A DNA stretch of 64,000 nucleotides from Octopus bimaculoides. Taxonomy: Eukaryota. The DNA lies in NCBI RefSeq assembly GCF_001194135.2, contig NC_068981.1:74741366-74805365 (forward strand), read 5' to 3'. Below, in pieces: positions 36,591 through 51,299 of the stretch (position 1 is its first letter; each line of letters starts with the position of its first letter). Position numbers and translations under genes: made by a program. The notes under the pieces are model-generated. The model ran no database searches, was not told the DNA's origin, and saw only the letters and a list, made by a program, of their open reading frames with translations.

Positions 36591-38589
36591 TAGCAGCTAA
36601 ACCCGGTTTCACCTGGCCTGTTTGGATGATGTGGCTGTGATCGTTTTCGGTTAGGTATAATCTATAACAGCGTTTCTCAACCTTATTGTTTCGGGTCCCC
36701 TGTTTCGATTGGAGCCTCTAGCTGTATGAAGGTTTCATCACCTCCTGTCAGAAAATGGCTTCAGGAGTTGTGAAGAAAGAATTTGTGCGTAGTCTGTTTC
36801 TGAGAGCTATTCTATTGGACGTCTGTGTAATCATTTATTTATAAACATTTATTTGATTATGAACATAGAAAGAAATTATGCATTAGTCCCAATTTTTGTA
36901 AGCAGTTGTATCTGTAAAAATTTTATTTGCAGAAAGCAGAAATTGAAAGATATATGGAATGGACGTGCATGTGAGAAAGAGAGATAGAGTGAATGAGTGA
37001 AGTTGTGTGTCATTGACATACGTTGGCTGGCACGGCAAGTACGAAGCTTTTGAGGCGGCAAATGACTGGGGTGATTTGGAAGATGTGAAGAAATGCCGTC
37101 TTTTCAGTGAAGCGCTTCTTTGTAGGCAATGTTTCTCGTTTTCCCTTCTGATGCACAAATGTATAGACTTTGTGGCCTGCCAACACGGGAGCATCCAACG
37201 TAATGTCGACCGTGGGAGAACACTTGCTCTGTGAGATTTAAACCAGCCATTTGCAATGATTGACCCTGTGCCTAATTTGATAGGAAATTGAAGCCACTTA
37301 AACTTGTAGATCGTATCGGAGGGAGGGAGGGACAATGGAGTTATAAGAATACAATACAGAGATTAGAGAATCTTGGTAAAGATGATCCCAGGACTCATTG
37401 AGGGCACCTGGTTAATGGCTGATGTGTATGTGTGCGTTTGTGCATGCTTATGTGTTTGTGTGTATGTGTGTGTGCACGTACGCGTTCGTGTGTGTGTTTG
37501 TGTGCGTTTAAATCTTTGAAGTGTCAGTAGTAGATATTTACCTTACGTTAATATTTAAACGTAAATGATGATAGTGCCTATTGAAGCTCTCAGCTTTGCC
37601 GTTTTCTTTCACGACAATGTAGTATTTAAAGCATCAGTAATCATCAATAATAGGGGTTATGAGATTGAATCAGCCCACCGCTTCACTTCTTATTTTAATG
37701 ACCTTCAAATAAGGTAAAGCAAATTTAATCCCAGAACGATTCAGAACTTAAAAGGCTGCGACTAAAAACGGCCATGTAGAGGCTTGACTAACTGAATTCA
37801 TATCAATACTACCATATCCAATATGTTGCTCATTCCACGGGGAACTTATTCCATCACGCTATCAATTCTGACATCGACGGCCATCAACTAATGTCAACAA
37901 TAAACAATATCAACAACGTGTGTCAAACATTTGTCGGCAAACATAGGTTAGCATCTGCACACTTTGTAACAATTGAACAAAGAACATATCTATTCCTTCT
38001 CTTTACTTGCCTTATCATAATCACTCCTTCTTTTTCTCAATTTTTAACTCCGTTCTTTATCACCTGTCACCATTTCAAAAAAAAGTTTTTTTGTTTTCAA
38101 TAACTCTATAAAGCTCATCTCAGTACTTTCTTCCCACTCTTTCCCCATTTATCAGAAAGGTATCCAGAGTTACTGATATGGTAGTAACATTGAGAGTTCT
38201 TCATACAAATGAGATTGCCAAATTTTGTTTAATTATCTCCGGAAAGTTTCTTAAAATTGTATTGTACCTCTGCATAAAAAAAAAAAGAACAACCCGAAAA
38301 ATAGATAATGCTTTTTGGAAGATAGCAGGTAGCAACTGAAACTTTCAGGTAATTTGTACTTCACTGACGCCAACAAGTATAATACGAATGTTATTATGTT
38401 ATTATCTATTAGGAATATATATCTTCATGTCTCTAGCTGTTTTAACATGATAACGATAACTTCGCATAAGAATAGAAATCATGAATTTGACGCTTTGTTA
38501 AGGTTACATCAGTGGAAGTATGTAACGACAGACAAATCACTCTTGGTTAAGATATCAATGCTTCAAAAGAAAGATCTGCAGAAAAGTTA

Positions 38590-38960
38590 CAAGACTACAC
38601 ACAGCTGTGTGGCACACGTAGGCATGGCTGTATGGGTAAGTAGCTTGCTTTGTTACCAAGTGGTTTCAGATTCAGTCCCAGTGCACGGCATCTTGGACAA
38701 GTGTGTTTGATTACAGCCTGGCGCCGAATAATGCCTTGTGAATGAACGTGGTAAGAGAAAATGTGGGAAACCTGTCATATATATATATACATTATGAGTG
38801 TGTATGGGTGTGTGTATGCGCGCGCGCGCGCGCGCGTGTGTGTCTATCTTTATATGTGTCATTGTGCTTGTGCCCCACTGCCTGACAACCGATGGTTTGT
38901 TTCCGTCCTCGTATCTTAGCAAAGTTACCGGTGGAATAAATATTAAACATAATAAGAACA
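38590..38960 (+). mobile_element. SINE family D copy, diverged
   Basis: GTAGGCATGGCTGTATGGGTAAG...TTCAGTCCCAGTGCACGGCATCTTGGACAAGTG; internal microsatellite. Confidence 0.7.
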
Positions 38961-40701
38961 ACAGAAGTGCTGGATTCAATATGTTCTAAAACTCCAGTTA
39001 CTGATATATNNNNNNNNNNNNNNNNNNNNNNNNNNNNNNNNNNNNNNNNNNNNNNNNNNNNNNNNNNNNNNNNNNNNNNNNNNNNNNNNNNNNNNNNNNN
39101 NNNNNNNNNNNNNNNNNNNNNNNNNNNNNNNNNNNNNNNNNNNNNNNNNNNNNNNNNNNNNNNNNNNNNNNNNNNNNNNNNNNNNNNNNNNNNNNNNNNN
39201 NNNNNNNNNNNNNNNNNNNNNNNNNNNNNNNNNATATATACACGCACACACGTACGCGTGTAAACCATATAAAGATGCCTAAGGGAAAAGAATAGCCAAA
39301 ATTCATATATTCTTTTAATATGCCTCACTTGTTTTTGCAATATGTGATGTTTATATAATAAATTCCATCTGCAACCATTGAGAAAGCATCTACGTAGTCT
39401 GTTGTCTACTCGAATTAGCCACCAAATCTTCCTCAACTCATATCCCAATATTCATCAGTGTTGTCCTATAGCAAAAATCAGAAGATGGTCATGACAGGAA
39501 TACGCTTGCTCAGAGGTTCTTCGCAGACGATCTGAACTGAGGCTAAACAACAATATCATCATCATCACCACCATCCTATCACCACCAGGAAACGATAATA
39601 ATAATAATATTTTCTATTATAAATGATCTTGACTTTCTTTTTACTTTACATAAATTATTCTTTACATTCCACTGTTGTTTTATTGCCATTCATTTACAAG
39701 TATTATAAATTTTAGAGGTAGAATGTTTTTCGGGGAACGAATTACGATTTATAGCATTGCTACTATGGGAAATTATTGCTCTATGGGAAATTTCGCTTTA
39801 CGAGCGGTCTCTGGGAACAAATTAACTCGTATATCGAAGCATCGCTGTACATATAAACACGTATGTAAAGAAGTGGTTTGACATATATATGCATGACATA
39901 TATATGCATGTACGGGAATATACATGCACACATATACATATTCACATACACGCATACACACGCATATATATTTCGATACCTACATGTATTATTTCTATAG
40001 AAACTAATACATAAATTCTTTTCTCCCAGTAAGATGAATGCACGTATTGACATACATATCTATTCTGACACACATAGGACCACATACCCATACATTTACA
40101 TACCTATATGTATACATGCCTAAATAATACATACATATACGGATACATAAGAGAATGGCATACTTAAGCATACAAAGGGGTACAGCTGTTTATCTATATG
40201 TTCAAACGCATACATATACTTGCAGATGATATGCATTTAACCTCCAAATATGCGTATGACTATGGATAGAAATCTAAGATAAGATATAAGTTTATGCATT
40301 TACAATTACTCAAAGTGCTTTAAAAATACTTGTGAATACCTACTTGCTTACATGGTTTCTATTTGTCACACAAATTGTTGTACCTGAAAAATTAAATATA
40401 AAATACATAATTAATAAAAAAAATGAATGAATATAATAAGAGTGATAATTAAGTAAAAATGAAAAAGCTATAAAGATTAAGATAATGTTCCCCAGTGGAT
40501 TAATGATTTCTTCTCATTCTAAGATCGATTTAGAAACAGAGATAACCAGAATGTAGACATTGGAAACACAAAAACAGAATATGTTGTCGCTGAAATTATT
40601 GGTTATGTGCATGCAAGTAGTCGCATGTGAGTGTATATGTCTGAACATACTTTTATTTACAGATGTGATGTATACATATGTATTTGGGTGCGTATGTGTA
40701 T

Positions 40702-40738
<37 letters not shown>

Positions 40739-42365
40739 GATAAATTGAATATTAATTCAATTTAAAACCAAGTGGCCTAGCATATAAAANNNNNNNNNNN
40801 NNNNNNNNNNNNNNNNNNNNNNNNNNNNNNNNNNNNNNNNNNNNNNNNNNNNNNNNNNNNNNNNNNNNNNNNNNNNNNNNNNNNNNNNNNNNNNNNNNNN
40901 NNNNNNNNNNNNNNNNNNNNNNNNNNNNNNNNNNNNNNNNNNNNNNNNNNNNNNNNNNNNNNNNNNNNNNNNNNNNNNNNNNNNNNNNNNNNNNNNNNNN
41001 NNNNNNATCTATGGACTGCAGTTTCGAACATTAACATTATACTTACGTAATAACATCCGTGTTCTCATCAGCATAGACGTTCAAGAATCAACATAATTTG
41101 CAGAACTATACACGAATTGTCTTCATGAAACAAGACTTGCATATAGTTCTACCGATTACATATATACTATATAAGTATGTATGTATACATATATATTTAT
41201 ATATTATATTATTTTATTCTTTTATTGGTTTCAGTCATTTGACTGCGGCCATGCTGTACCACCGCCTTTAGTCGAACAAATCAACCCCAGGACTTATTCT
41301 TTGCAAGCCTAGTACTTCTTCTATCGGATACAGATTATGTGAAGGCCGATAAGTTATACAACATTTACATTATTCCTGGTTGTTTCTCGTGCAGAATATC
41401 GTAAAATGACATTGTGTTGTGATACACAGGTTGCTAATGACAATATAACTTCTGATAACATTTACTACAAAAGATAAATGTATGTATTATATGTATATAT
41501 TACGTATCAGTAAGATCGAAGGTTTTAAGCACAATGACAGCATATATAATCTACAACCAGTAAAAATTGCACCTAAGTACATAGGTTATCAAAGCAATAA
41601 CACGTAAATAGTTTATGCAGCATTCTCGAGGTTCACGGGAAAAATAATATTTCTTGTTTGCTATCCCAATATTAATATATTTACATAAAAATGGAAAAAT
41701 TATATAAGTATATAGATATTACAATCTAGGGATTAAAAACAAAACAACAGTCACAATAATAAGCTACAAAGAAATCCATATAAATGTGTAATTAAGATTC
41801 AAGGTTTATAAACATGTACATCATTGAACATACAGCCACTACAAAGCAATGATCTAACACACAATATTATCCATCCAGTAAACACAAACTGCTCATATCA
41901 AAAGCACGTAAAGACACGCTTGGTTATATAGAGAAAGCACGAATCAATAATAAAACTACGAACATAATGATAATACTTTGTTTGCAGATATAAATGCGGA
42001 AATCAATTATATTGACAATAAAATATTTCAGAAACGAAAAAATTAATATTTTCGTTTTAAGAATTTTCTTCTATTAGCACAAACACACACAAAAACACAA
42101 ACAAAAATTCAACTAAAACATCCAAAATATCCATATTGAATGAATATAGAATTCGCATGAAATTACTTTGTTGTAAACTCGTTCTTTGAAGATTGGAAGA
42201 ATCAGAGAATGATTTATATTCGTGTCGAAATTTGGCTAATATACGTAGTCTAGAAATACTTATTCAAATATCTTATGTTGAGCTACTTTCAACAGAATCG
42301 TATATAGTTAAATGTTATCACGAGATCAATGTTAGCTACATAAGATAAATGACTGAGAGTTTTAG

Positions 42366-42400
<35 letters not shown>

Positions 42401-42865
42401 NNNNNNNNNNNNNNNNNNNNNNNNNNNNNNNNNNNNNNNNNNNNNNNNNNNNNNNNNNNNNNNNNNNNNNNNNNNNNNNNNNNNNNNNNNNNNNNNNNNN
42501 NNNNNNNNNNNNNNNNNNNNNNNNACATATATTTATACATACATACACACATACATATATATGTACGTACGTACTTACATATGTACAGAGCTTCATAATT
42601 ATAAGTAGACCCACACGAAGGCACACTGAATATACAAAGTGGAACTGCATGCACACTTCATACAGCAGCGCTCACATATAAATGTGTACTTGTATTCATA
42701 TACGTGAATTTTGGGTCTGTACACATTCCACTAACATCAATGACTTCAATTTTATCTTCGATTAAATTATATTTCAATATTTATTTGCCAAGAATACAAA
42801 GGCAGAAAGTAAATTAATAGATTTCCACTTGCATTATGTGATGTCAAACTCAGCAGCGTATTTAA

Positions 42866-42900
<35 letters not shown>

Positions 42901-42918
42901 ATTATATACTTGTATGTA

Positions 42919-43003
<85 letters not shown>

Positions 43004-43300
43004 GCACATGTAAAATAATACGTTTGTATTTATATGATTGTGTATATACAAATACACGCTCCTATATACGGAAGCATATTATTTTAATTCTGTTTCTAGT
43101 AGTTGGACCGAAGCTTTGCTGGCACACGGCTTTCAAGAGATTATGTATCATGTCCACAACAATAATTATTTCAGTCTAGTACTTGATTTAACTCCACATA
43201 TTTTTCGATCCACTAAGTTACAGAATATATAGGGACTCAGAATAAAATCACAGGATCATATATACACGTGCACACTCTCATATACACACACAGACTCTCA

Positions 43301-43331
<31 letters not shown>

Positions 43332-43469
43332 TTATACGAACATTTACGCGACAGATTTTGGAACACTTTACGTCTACCAAATTTCAATCACAATATTGAT
43401 CAACCCGAGATTTCAGAACCTAGTGCAGCGCAGTAGAAAGTAACATGAACAACACAATATCCATACACG

Positions 43470-43501
<32 letters not shown>

Positions 43502-43519
43502 ATCTTTTCTAGTCTAAGC

Positions 43520-43705
43520 ATAAGGCTCGAAATTTTTGGGGAGGGGCCAGTCGATCAGATCAACCCCAGCACGCAACTGGTACTTAATTTATCGACTCCG
43601 AAAGGATGAAAGGCAAAGTCGACCTCGGCGGAATTTTGAACTCAGAATATAAAGACAGACGAAATACCGATAGGCATTTCGCCCGGCGTGCTAACGTTTC
43701 TGCTA
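43520..43705 (-). mobile_element. SINE family C (Meta-like)
   Basis: GAAAGGATGAAAGGCAAAGTCGACCTCGGCGGAATT...GCCCGGCGTGCTAACG. Confidence 0.8.
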
Positions 43706-45039
43706 TTTATTTGTATGTATANNNNNNNNNNNNNNNNNNNNNNNNNNNNNNNNNNNNNNNNNNNNNNNNNNNNNNNNNNNNNNNNNNNNNNNNNNNNNNN
43801 NNNNNNNNNNNNNNNNNNNNNNNNNNNNNNNNNNNNNNNNNNNNNNNNNNNNNNNNNNNNNNNNNNNNNNNNNNNNNNNNNNNNNNNNNNNNNNNNNNNN
43901 NNNNNNNNNNNNNNNNNNNNNNNNNNNNNNNNNNNNNNNNNNNNNNNNNNNNNNNNNNNNNNNNNNNNNNNNNNNNNNNNNNNNNNNNNNNNNNNNNNNN
44001 NNNNNNNNNNNNNNNNNNNNNNNNNNNNNNNNNNNNNNNNNNNNNNNNNNNNNNNNNNNNNNNNNNNNNNNNNNNNNNNNNNNNNNNNNNNNNNNNNNNN
44101 NNNNNNNNNNNNNNNNNNNNNNNNNNNNNNNNNNNNNNNNNNNNNNNNNNNNNNNNNNNNNNNNNNNNNNNNNNNNNNNNNNNNNNNNNNNNNNNNNNNN
44201 NNNNNNNNNNNNNNNNNNNNNNNNNNNNNNNNNNNNNNNNNNNNNNNNNNNNNNNNNNNNNNNNNNNNNNNNNNNNNNNNNNNNNNNNNNNNNNNNNNNN
44301 NNNNNNNNNNNNNNNNNNNNNNNNNNNNNNNNNNNNNNNNNNNNNNNNNNNNNNNNNNNNNNNNNNNNNNNNNNNNNNNNNNNNNNNNNNNNNNNNNNNN
44401 NNNNNNNNNNNNNNNNNNNNNNNNNNNNNNNNNNNNNNNNNNNNNNNNNNNNNNNNNNNNNNNNNNNNNNNNNNNNNNNNNNNNNNNNNNNNNNNNNNNN
44501 NNNNNNNNNNNNNNNNNNNNNNNNNNNNNNNNNNNNNNNNNNNNNNNNNNNNNNNNNNNNNNNNNNNNNNNNNNNNNNNNNNNNNNNNNNNNNNNNNNNN
44601 NNNNNNNNNNNNNNNNNNNNNNNNNNNNNNNNNNNNNNNNNNNNNNNNNNNNNNNNNNNNNNNNNTATATATATAAAATACAATTATCTCTATCTTTACG
44701 TCTTCATATCTAAATCAATCTCTCTCTGTCTCACTCTGTTTATCTCTATATCTGTCTGTCTGTTTAATGAATTACATAGCGTTTCTTGGAGGGGTAATTT
44801 GTAATATAATGCAGTTTTTACATTTTTTTAAAATATAGAATTTATTGCTTGTGAAATATAATCAAAACAGGGAAGAAAAGTTGGATCTCTTGGGAGATAA
44901 TGCACAATGTAAACGATATTAATAATTGTTCGTGGAAATCACTGTAAATCCATTTATTTGACATCGTAAAAGTAGATGATTTTCTGTGTCATTTGCAAAC
45001 ATTTAGATTTTAGCTTCGCTGTATACTTGGTTACTTAAT

Positions 45040-45640
45040 CAAATATGACTGCTATAATGATATGTTTAAACGATTCAAAACAATATCGTTCTGTGGAAAC
45101 GCATGCAAAAATAGTCCTGCTTCCATTATTCAGAATATTAAACGTGTTGTTAGCACTTGAAACATTTTTTAGTTCAGCATAATCTGCATCTGCTGCCATG
45201 TCCTTTGTAACGTTTTCGTTTCTTGTCAATACTTTATTTTACGATGGATTTGTTGTCTCAACTGCCTTTGAGGTGCCATATTTGTTGTGATAATGAAGTG
45301 TAGTTAGTTTTCTCAAATATTTGATTGTGAATAGGTGTTTCTATGCAAAGGGAATTTGCGGAGGTTTCTTGTTAACTCGATAAATGCTAGTTCCATAAGA
45401 TTTGTAGATCTTACATTTGCTTTATGTCCAACTGCTTTTGACAGATGTTCTTGTTGTGTGTGTGTGTGTGGGGGTGGTTACTGTATTTCTACCTTTCCAT
45501 TCAGATTAAAGTAGTTGCGTTGTGTTGCACGTTTTGCTTTATGGTTATGGTTAAAGATTTGTGAATCTATGCTACGAAAGAGAGTTTTACAGAATTTTTA
45601 TTAAATATTTTTGCTGTATTATGTGAAGTAGAGGGAGCGT
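45040..45640 (-). pseudogene. Decayed PLE GIY-YIG remnant
   Basis: AKIFNKNSVKLSF ... YTSLSQQIWHLK ... YKGHGSRCRLC*; many stops. Confidence 0.6.
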
Positions 45641-45689
45641 ATTCTCATACGGAAATCCCTTATCTCGTTTGAGGATAATTTTATGCTAA

Positions 45690-45870
45690 CAGGGTGTTAA
45701 ACTATTTCAGGCATTAAACTGGATATAAAAGCTCACAACCGTTCTTTGGATAAAATGGCTCACAAATTTTCAGCCATAACCCAACTTCAACAGGAAGGTA
45801 ACTGTATAAATACAATAAATTGGCCCTTACCAGAAAATTTCCCTCCTAAACGGTACTGCATACAGATGAG
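45690..45870 (+). pseudogene. Possible inverted PLE linker fragment
   Basis: IKAHNRSLDK...NCINTINWPL resembles the IIxxHN...CNC..CPL segment preceding PLE GIY-YIG. Confidence 0.35.
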
Positions 45871-46025
45871 GTAAGATCAAAATCCGATATACATTGCAAA
45901 TGCATTCAATCGCTTCAAAGAAAAGAAAGCATGATAAAAACTTATCACACACGCACTCACACATGTCTGTTTATCCGTCCGTCCATCTGTCTGTTTATCT
46001 ATCTATCTATCTACTTAGATACCCT

Positions 46026-46103
<78 letters not shown>

Positions 46104-46217
46104 GCAGGCGTGGCTCTGTGGTAAGAAGTAAAAAAGAGGATATATTCTTCTTCTTCTTCGCCGTCTCCTTCCTTAGCTACTGCTGCTCAAACAATCAAAA
46201 CCCAGAACCCACATCCC

Positions 46218-47800
46218 TCATATTAAAGAAAGTTCTTTAGTGGCGCAAATGTCGATGCGTTCGCTAAATACTATTTTTCTGTATTCCCGAATTTGAATCT
46301 GGGATTTATGTAGGGTCATCCTTTGGCGTTGACTGTTTTTAAGTTGGCCTATGTATTGCTCTTGACACCCTGAGTAAGTTAATATATATATTAGGTTTTC
46401 CGAAGTACATGTGAAGTTTTTCACAGTAAAACCTTGACCTTGTTTGAAGGAGAACTCCGATCCCTCGATTAAGTTGACGCATATACCATAGTTAGGTCTT
46501 GAGCATTTTTTTACTGACGGTTTCAATGTTGTTGTCGAGTGTATTTGGGCTTGTTTTAGGAGACTTTTCATCGACTTGAGTTGTCTTTTGCTCTTTACGA
46601 TGGTGTGCGCTTGGAGAATTAGATTCATTCTGTGGTCCCTTTTTAATAGAGAAATGTTCTGGTGGATGGTGTCGAAGGCTTCATTGTTAAGAGGATTGTG
46701 TGTGGTTATAAATCCTTCTTTAATTTGGGATGTCTGAGTTCGTGGATGTTGAGTTGTAGGGCATATGTTAATTAGTGAAGGTGATGAGTGTATCCATTAA
46801 TTCATATAGTCGTGTGTCCCTGGTGCTTGCATTAGAAACTATAGTACATATCCTTTTTTTGCTAGGTTGAAGGGGATAGTCATTCTGGTGTGTCTGGGGT
46901 GGCATGAGCTGAACGGTAGATATTGCTTGGAGTCCGTGGGCTTATAGTATATATCTGTTTCTATTACGTTGTTAGATTTCTTAATGAGGATGTCGAGGAA
47001 GGGAAGTTGTTGATAGCTATATTCCATCGTGAATTGTATGTTTACATCAAGTCCATTTAGGAGTGCTTGAAATTCTTTAAGTTTCTCTATACTTTCGTGC
47101 CAAAGAATGAAACAGTCATCCAGGTATTTCTTCCAGTTATTTTCTATCTAGAGGGAGAATGAGCTGCTGTATTATTCTAGAACCTTACGATAAAGACTAA
47201 TTCCTAGATATCCCATGACTAAGTTAACAAAGGAGGGGGCCATTCTCGTACCCACCGTACTCCCCGATTTTTGTCGATAGAAATTGTCTTTGAAGACGAA
47301 GTAGTTATTTCCCAGGATGTATTTTAGCCCTTCTATCACGAATTCTTTTTTGATGCGATGAGGAAGTTCGTTGGCGTAATTTTCTAACCAGGATTGAATT
47401 GCCTCTATTCCTAGGTTGCGGAGGATATAAGAATAGAAGTTGACTACATCGAAGGATATTTGTAAGGTGTTTTGTTTATTGTTTCAGGAAGGTGATTGAG
47501 CATATGCAGGTCGTCCCTTATGTAGCTTTTGACATGCTTGAGGAATGGTTTTAAGAAGGTATCTAAAAAGTTACCTTCTTAAAGGTATGCGGGACCTGCT
47601 ATTATAGGTCTCAATTTGAGGTCATTAGGAGTAGGGACTTTGATTATTATGTCTGTGGCTATTCTGCATGCGTTACTTATTTTGTCACTTTTGTGTATCT
47701 TGGGAATACCGTAGAATTGACTGGTTTTAGTTTTGAAATTGGTCATATAGTCATATTCTTTGTCGGTGAGCCCTTCTCCGTATAGGTTTAACATGGATTT
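46218..47800 (-). mobile_element. Penelope-like element (Neptune-type) RT + C-terminal GIY-YIG, pseudogenised
   Basis: FYGIPKIHK...LRPIIAGP; SFDVVNFYS (motif A); QKSGSTVGTRMAPSFVNLVMG (B'); KYLDDCF (C); LPFLDILI...DIYYKPTDSKQYLPFSSCHP; FTCTSENLIYILTYSGCQEQYIGQ...RMTLH. TAA/TAG stops and frameshifts; EN end truncated. Confidence 0.92.
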
Positions 47801-47917
47801 TAGGTCTATCTATATATAGATGAAAGAAGGAAGAAAAGAAATGACTAGTACAAAATTGGAACTTTATTTATCGACTCCGAATAAATTAACTGCAGAGTCA
47901 ACTTCGACATGAATTGA

Positions 47918-47960
47918 ACTCTGAGCATACTCTGAGCATACTCTGAGCATACTCTGGGCA
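47918..47960 (+). repeat. 11-bp unit ACTCTGAGCAT x3.9 inside a decayed family C SINE
   Basis: Seen directly; expanded at the B-box region of the minus-strand SINE remnant 47830-47995. Confidence 0.85.
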
Positions 47961-48372
47961 GTGATCGGAGAATAATCTATCTGACGCTTTGCCCATCAGC
48001 CGGATACATGTCTGTATTTATCTATACATAAACACTTACACTCAAATATATGCCTACACACATATACATATTTAAGCTGATAAACAGATACACCCAAGGA
48101 TATGCTCAAAGTGAATGCATACATACATACATAAATACATACATACATACATACATACATATCACACATACATGGGCATGACTGTGTATATCAGTACCTG
48201 TTCGCACACAGACACACACACGAACAAGCACACACACACATATCAGACTGTACACTTCATACAAACGGGTGTTTTTATTTTATTTTCCTGCTATGTATCT
48301 CAAAACTAACTGCTAAAAAATAACACACTGACGCACCCACACACGTTCAGACTCACACAAACACACATATAC

Positions 48373-48424
<52 letters not shown>

Positions 48425-48658
48425 NNNNNNNNNNNNNNNNNNNNNNNNNNNNNNNNNNNNNNNNNNNNNNNNNNNNNNNNNNNNNNNNNNNNNNNNNNNN
48501 NNNNNNNNNNNNNNNNNNNNNNNNNNNNNNNNNNNNNNNNNNNNNNNNNNNNNNNNNNNNNNNNNNNNNNNNNNNNNNNNNNNNNNNNNNNNNNNNNNNN
48601 NNNNNNNNNNNNNNNNNNNNNNNNNNNNNNNNNNNNNNNNNNNNNNNNNNNNNNNNNN

Positions 48659-48693
<35 letters not shown>

Positions 48694-48734
48694 TATATAT
48701 ATATGTATATATATATATATATATGTATGTATGA

Positions 48735-48775
<41 letters not shown>

Positions 48776-49234
48776 AACATACACGCACAATCGCCAGAAC
48801 ACACATGGATACGAGCATAAAATGCTATTAGAATCCAGTATAACTTGGTATATGAATGAAATGAAGTTGTATCAAAAAGCCTTTTTACCGACAGTCTATA
48901 GAGATGAAGTACTTTTAATGAGGAGAGCATTGAAGAAATACACTGCATTTTTTTTGTAAACCAGCTTCATAAAAGACCTCAAAGCAAACTGAAAATAGCA
49001 ATCCAATCTACATAGAAAAGACAAATATTTTTATAGAATTAACAACAACCACAAAAAAACATGTATATTAATAACAAGAAATTTTAAATAAATAGACGTA
49101 AGCAAACTAAAAAAAAAAAGGAATCGCAATATAGGCGTTACTATAACAACATTAACTTTTATTCTCGTTAAAGTGAAGTAAAAAACATTAAACTTAATGA
49201 ATCATTGGTTGCTTTCGTTTAGCAATGTCGTATA

Positions 49235-49920
49235 TGATTGGGATGATGATGATGATGATGATGATGATGACGATAGTGATTATTATTATTATTATTATTA
49301 TCATCAACTTGGTAACCATCATCACAACAGCCGTTGTCGTCGGCATCATGACTGTCATCATCGCCGTCGTCATCGTGGTGGTCGTCATCATCATCGTCAT
49401 CACCGTTGTCGTCGTGGTCGTCATCATCATCGTCAACGCCGTCGTCGTCGTCATCATCATCGTCATTATCGACATCATCAGCATCGTCATTATCACTGTC
49501 GTCATCATTGTCATCACCATCATCATCTATATCGTAATCACAATCAACTGATAAGTAACGTTAGCATTTTACTGTAAGCATCATTTACTCTTTAACTACG
49601 ATCTTTATTTATCTGATACCTTCATTCTCTCCCTCTTCTTCTTCATCCTCCTTCTCCTCTTCCTCCCCCCTTTTCTTCTCCTTTCTTTGTGTTCTCATCT
49701 TACCTTTCTCCCCTCCACCTACTCCCTTCACATCCTCCTCCCTCCCCAGCCCCACATCCCCTCCTCATTTCTCTCCTACTTCTTCCTCTCCTCCTTTCCC
49801 CTCCTCCTTCTCTCCCCTCCACCTTCTCTCCCCTCCTTCTCTCCCCTCCTCCTCCCCTCCCCTCCCCACCTCTCTTCCTCTCGTCTTCTCGCACCCACCC
49901 ACCCTCCTCTTCTCCTTATC
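49235..49920. repeat. (GAT)/(CAT)/(CGT)n array followed by ~290-nt polypyrimidine (CT-rich) tract
   Basis: Seen directly. Confidence 0.9.
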
Positions 49921-51299
49921 TTCATCATCAACACCATAATCATCACCGTTAGTCGTTGTTGTTGCTTTTAGCCTCAGCTTTTTTTTGTTTTTGGTCAAAA
50001 ATTCTTTAAATGTGTTGCTTAGTAACTTAAGGCGAGTAGGCAGGATTTCTTTTTGTGTTCTGCAATGGAGACAGCTTAGACTGTAGCGAAAGAAGAGGTG
50101 GGCGGAAATATTTGTTTCATTTTGATTTAGCACTTGATGAGAAAGTTCGAATGGAGAAGCGAATTGCTGAAAGCATCAAATCCGGGAAAGAAAGATTGTG
50201 TAAATATTAATTAATAACAGGAAAATTTAACTGAAGGAAAGACGGGTTCACTGAGTCAATGTAGAATTAGAGAATCAGTTATATTTGTAGTATCTGCCGG
50301 AGAGTTTATAGACGGTGATTTGACAGAGTCGTTAGAAATTTGGATGAAATGTTGAGGGGTATTTATTCCGGTTTCATGCCTTCTGAGTTCAAATCCTGCA
50401 GGGGGCTAAGTTTGGTTTTCATCCTTCCAGGGCGAGGTCAACCCAGCTGTTCATCCTTCCGGGGGTCGATAATTAAGTACTAATACAGAGCGTTAGAATG
50501 GCAGTAATGTAGACTGTCGAACTAGATGCTTTACGCTATTTGAATGTAGACTTAATCCGGTGTCTGGCTTAACACTTGCTCCTAGTTCTTGGGTGCCTTT
50601 AGCACACTCCGCTCCGGTGCAAGCACTCGAGTTAGGTTTCTTGTTTGAAGATAGCTTCCTTCTGCTCTTCCAACAATTTCGGATGCCTAGTAAAGGATCA
50701 GGGTCATAGAAACTTTCCTTTCCTCCTGACTAAGCTATGAAAAAAGGAGACAAAATACCGAATGAAGAATTGTGTACCAAGTGGACTTGATTTACTTTGT
50801 TGCATATGTTTGTGCTTGCATGTACACACGTGTTTCCGTTTGTATGCGTTGTTTTATTTAGTTTATGCGACTACGTTTGGAAGCTCCGTACCTTAATTCC
50901 CGATGTGAGTACTCTTATTTAGAAAGTATTTGTGCATTGTCAGAAACATTAAAAAATATGCTATTCAGGATAGGAGGAGCGCTGCACATTTGCGATCTTA
51001 GTCTCACCAAGACTGGTGAAAGAGACGTAGCCGATGCCCAGCTTGATCAATTTCGGGTTATATTTGTATTTTGAGAAACAGTGAAGTTCAAATTGAAAAT
51101 AACATATCCTTACAGTATTTTTTAAAAAAATAACCAGTAATTTTAGTTTGCCATAATAGCATAAACACTTTTTTTGCGAACCGGAATATAGTGTTAAAAA
51201 TGAAAACATTGAATCGAAAATTTGAAAGAATGTATACTAACATATGTTTTGGAGCCAAATAAATCCAACGAATAATAGGGGTGTGATGAGAGGCATGAA

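Noticed and set aside
36589-36620. ACTAGCAGCTAAACCCGGTTTCACCTGG, a Helitron-like 5' end
   Set aside because: Only a short motif; no matching 3' end or second copy was found in the window.
47030-47580. Possible selenocysteine recoding in the PLE RT (as described for some Naiad PLEs)
   Set aside because: The in-frame stops are TAA/TAG, not TGA, and the domain order is RT then EN, so this is ordinary decay.
47918-47960. Short regular repeats as a CRISPR-like array
   Set aside because: Contiguous 11-bp tandem units without spacers; simple slippage inside a SINE.
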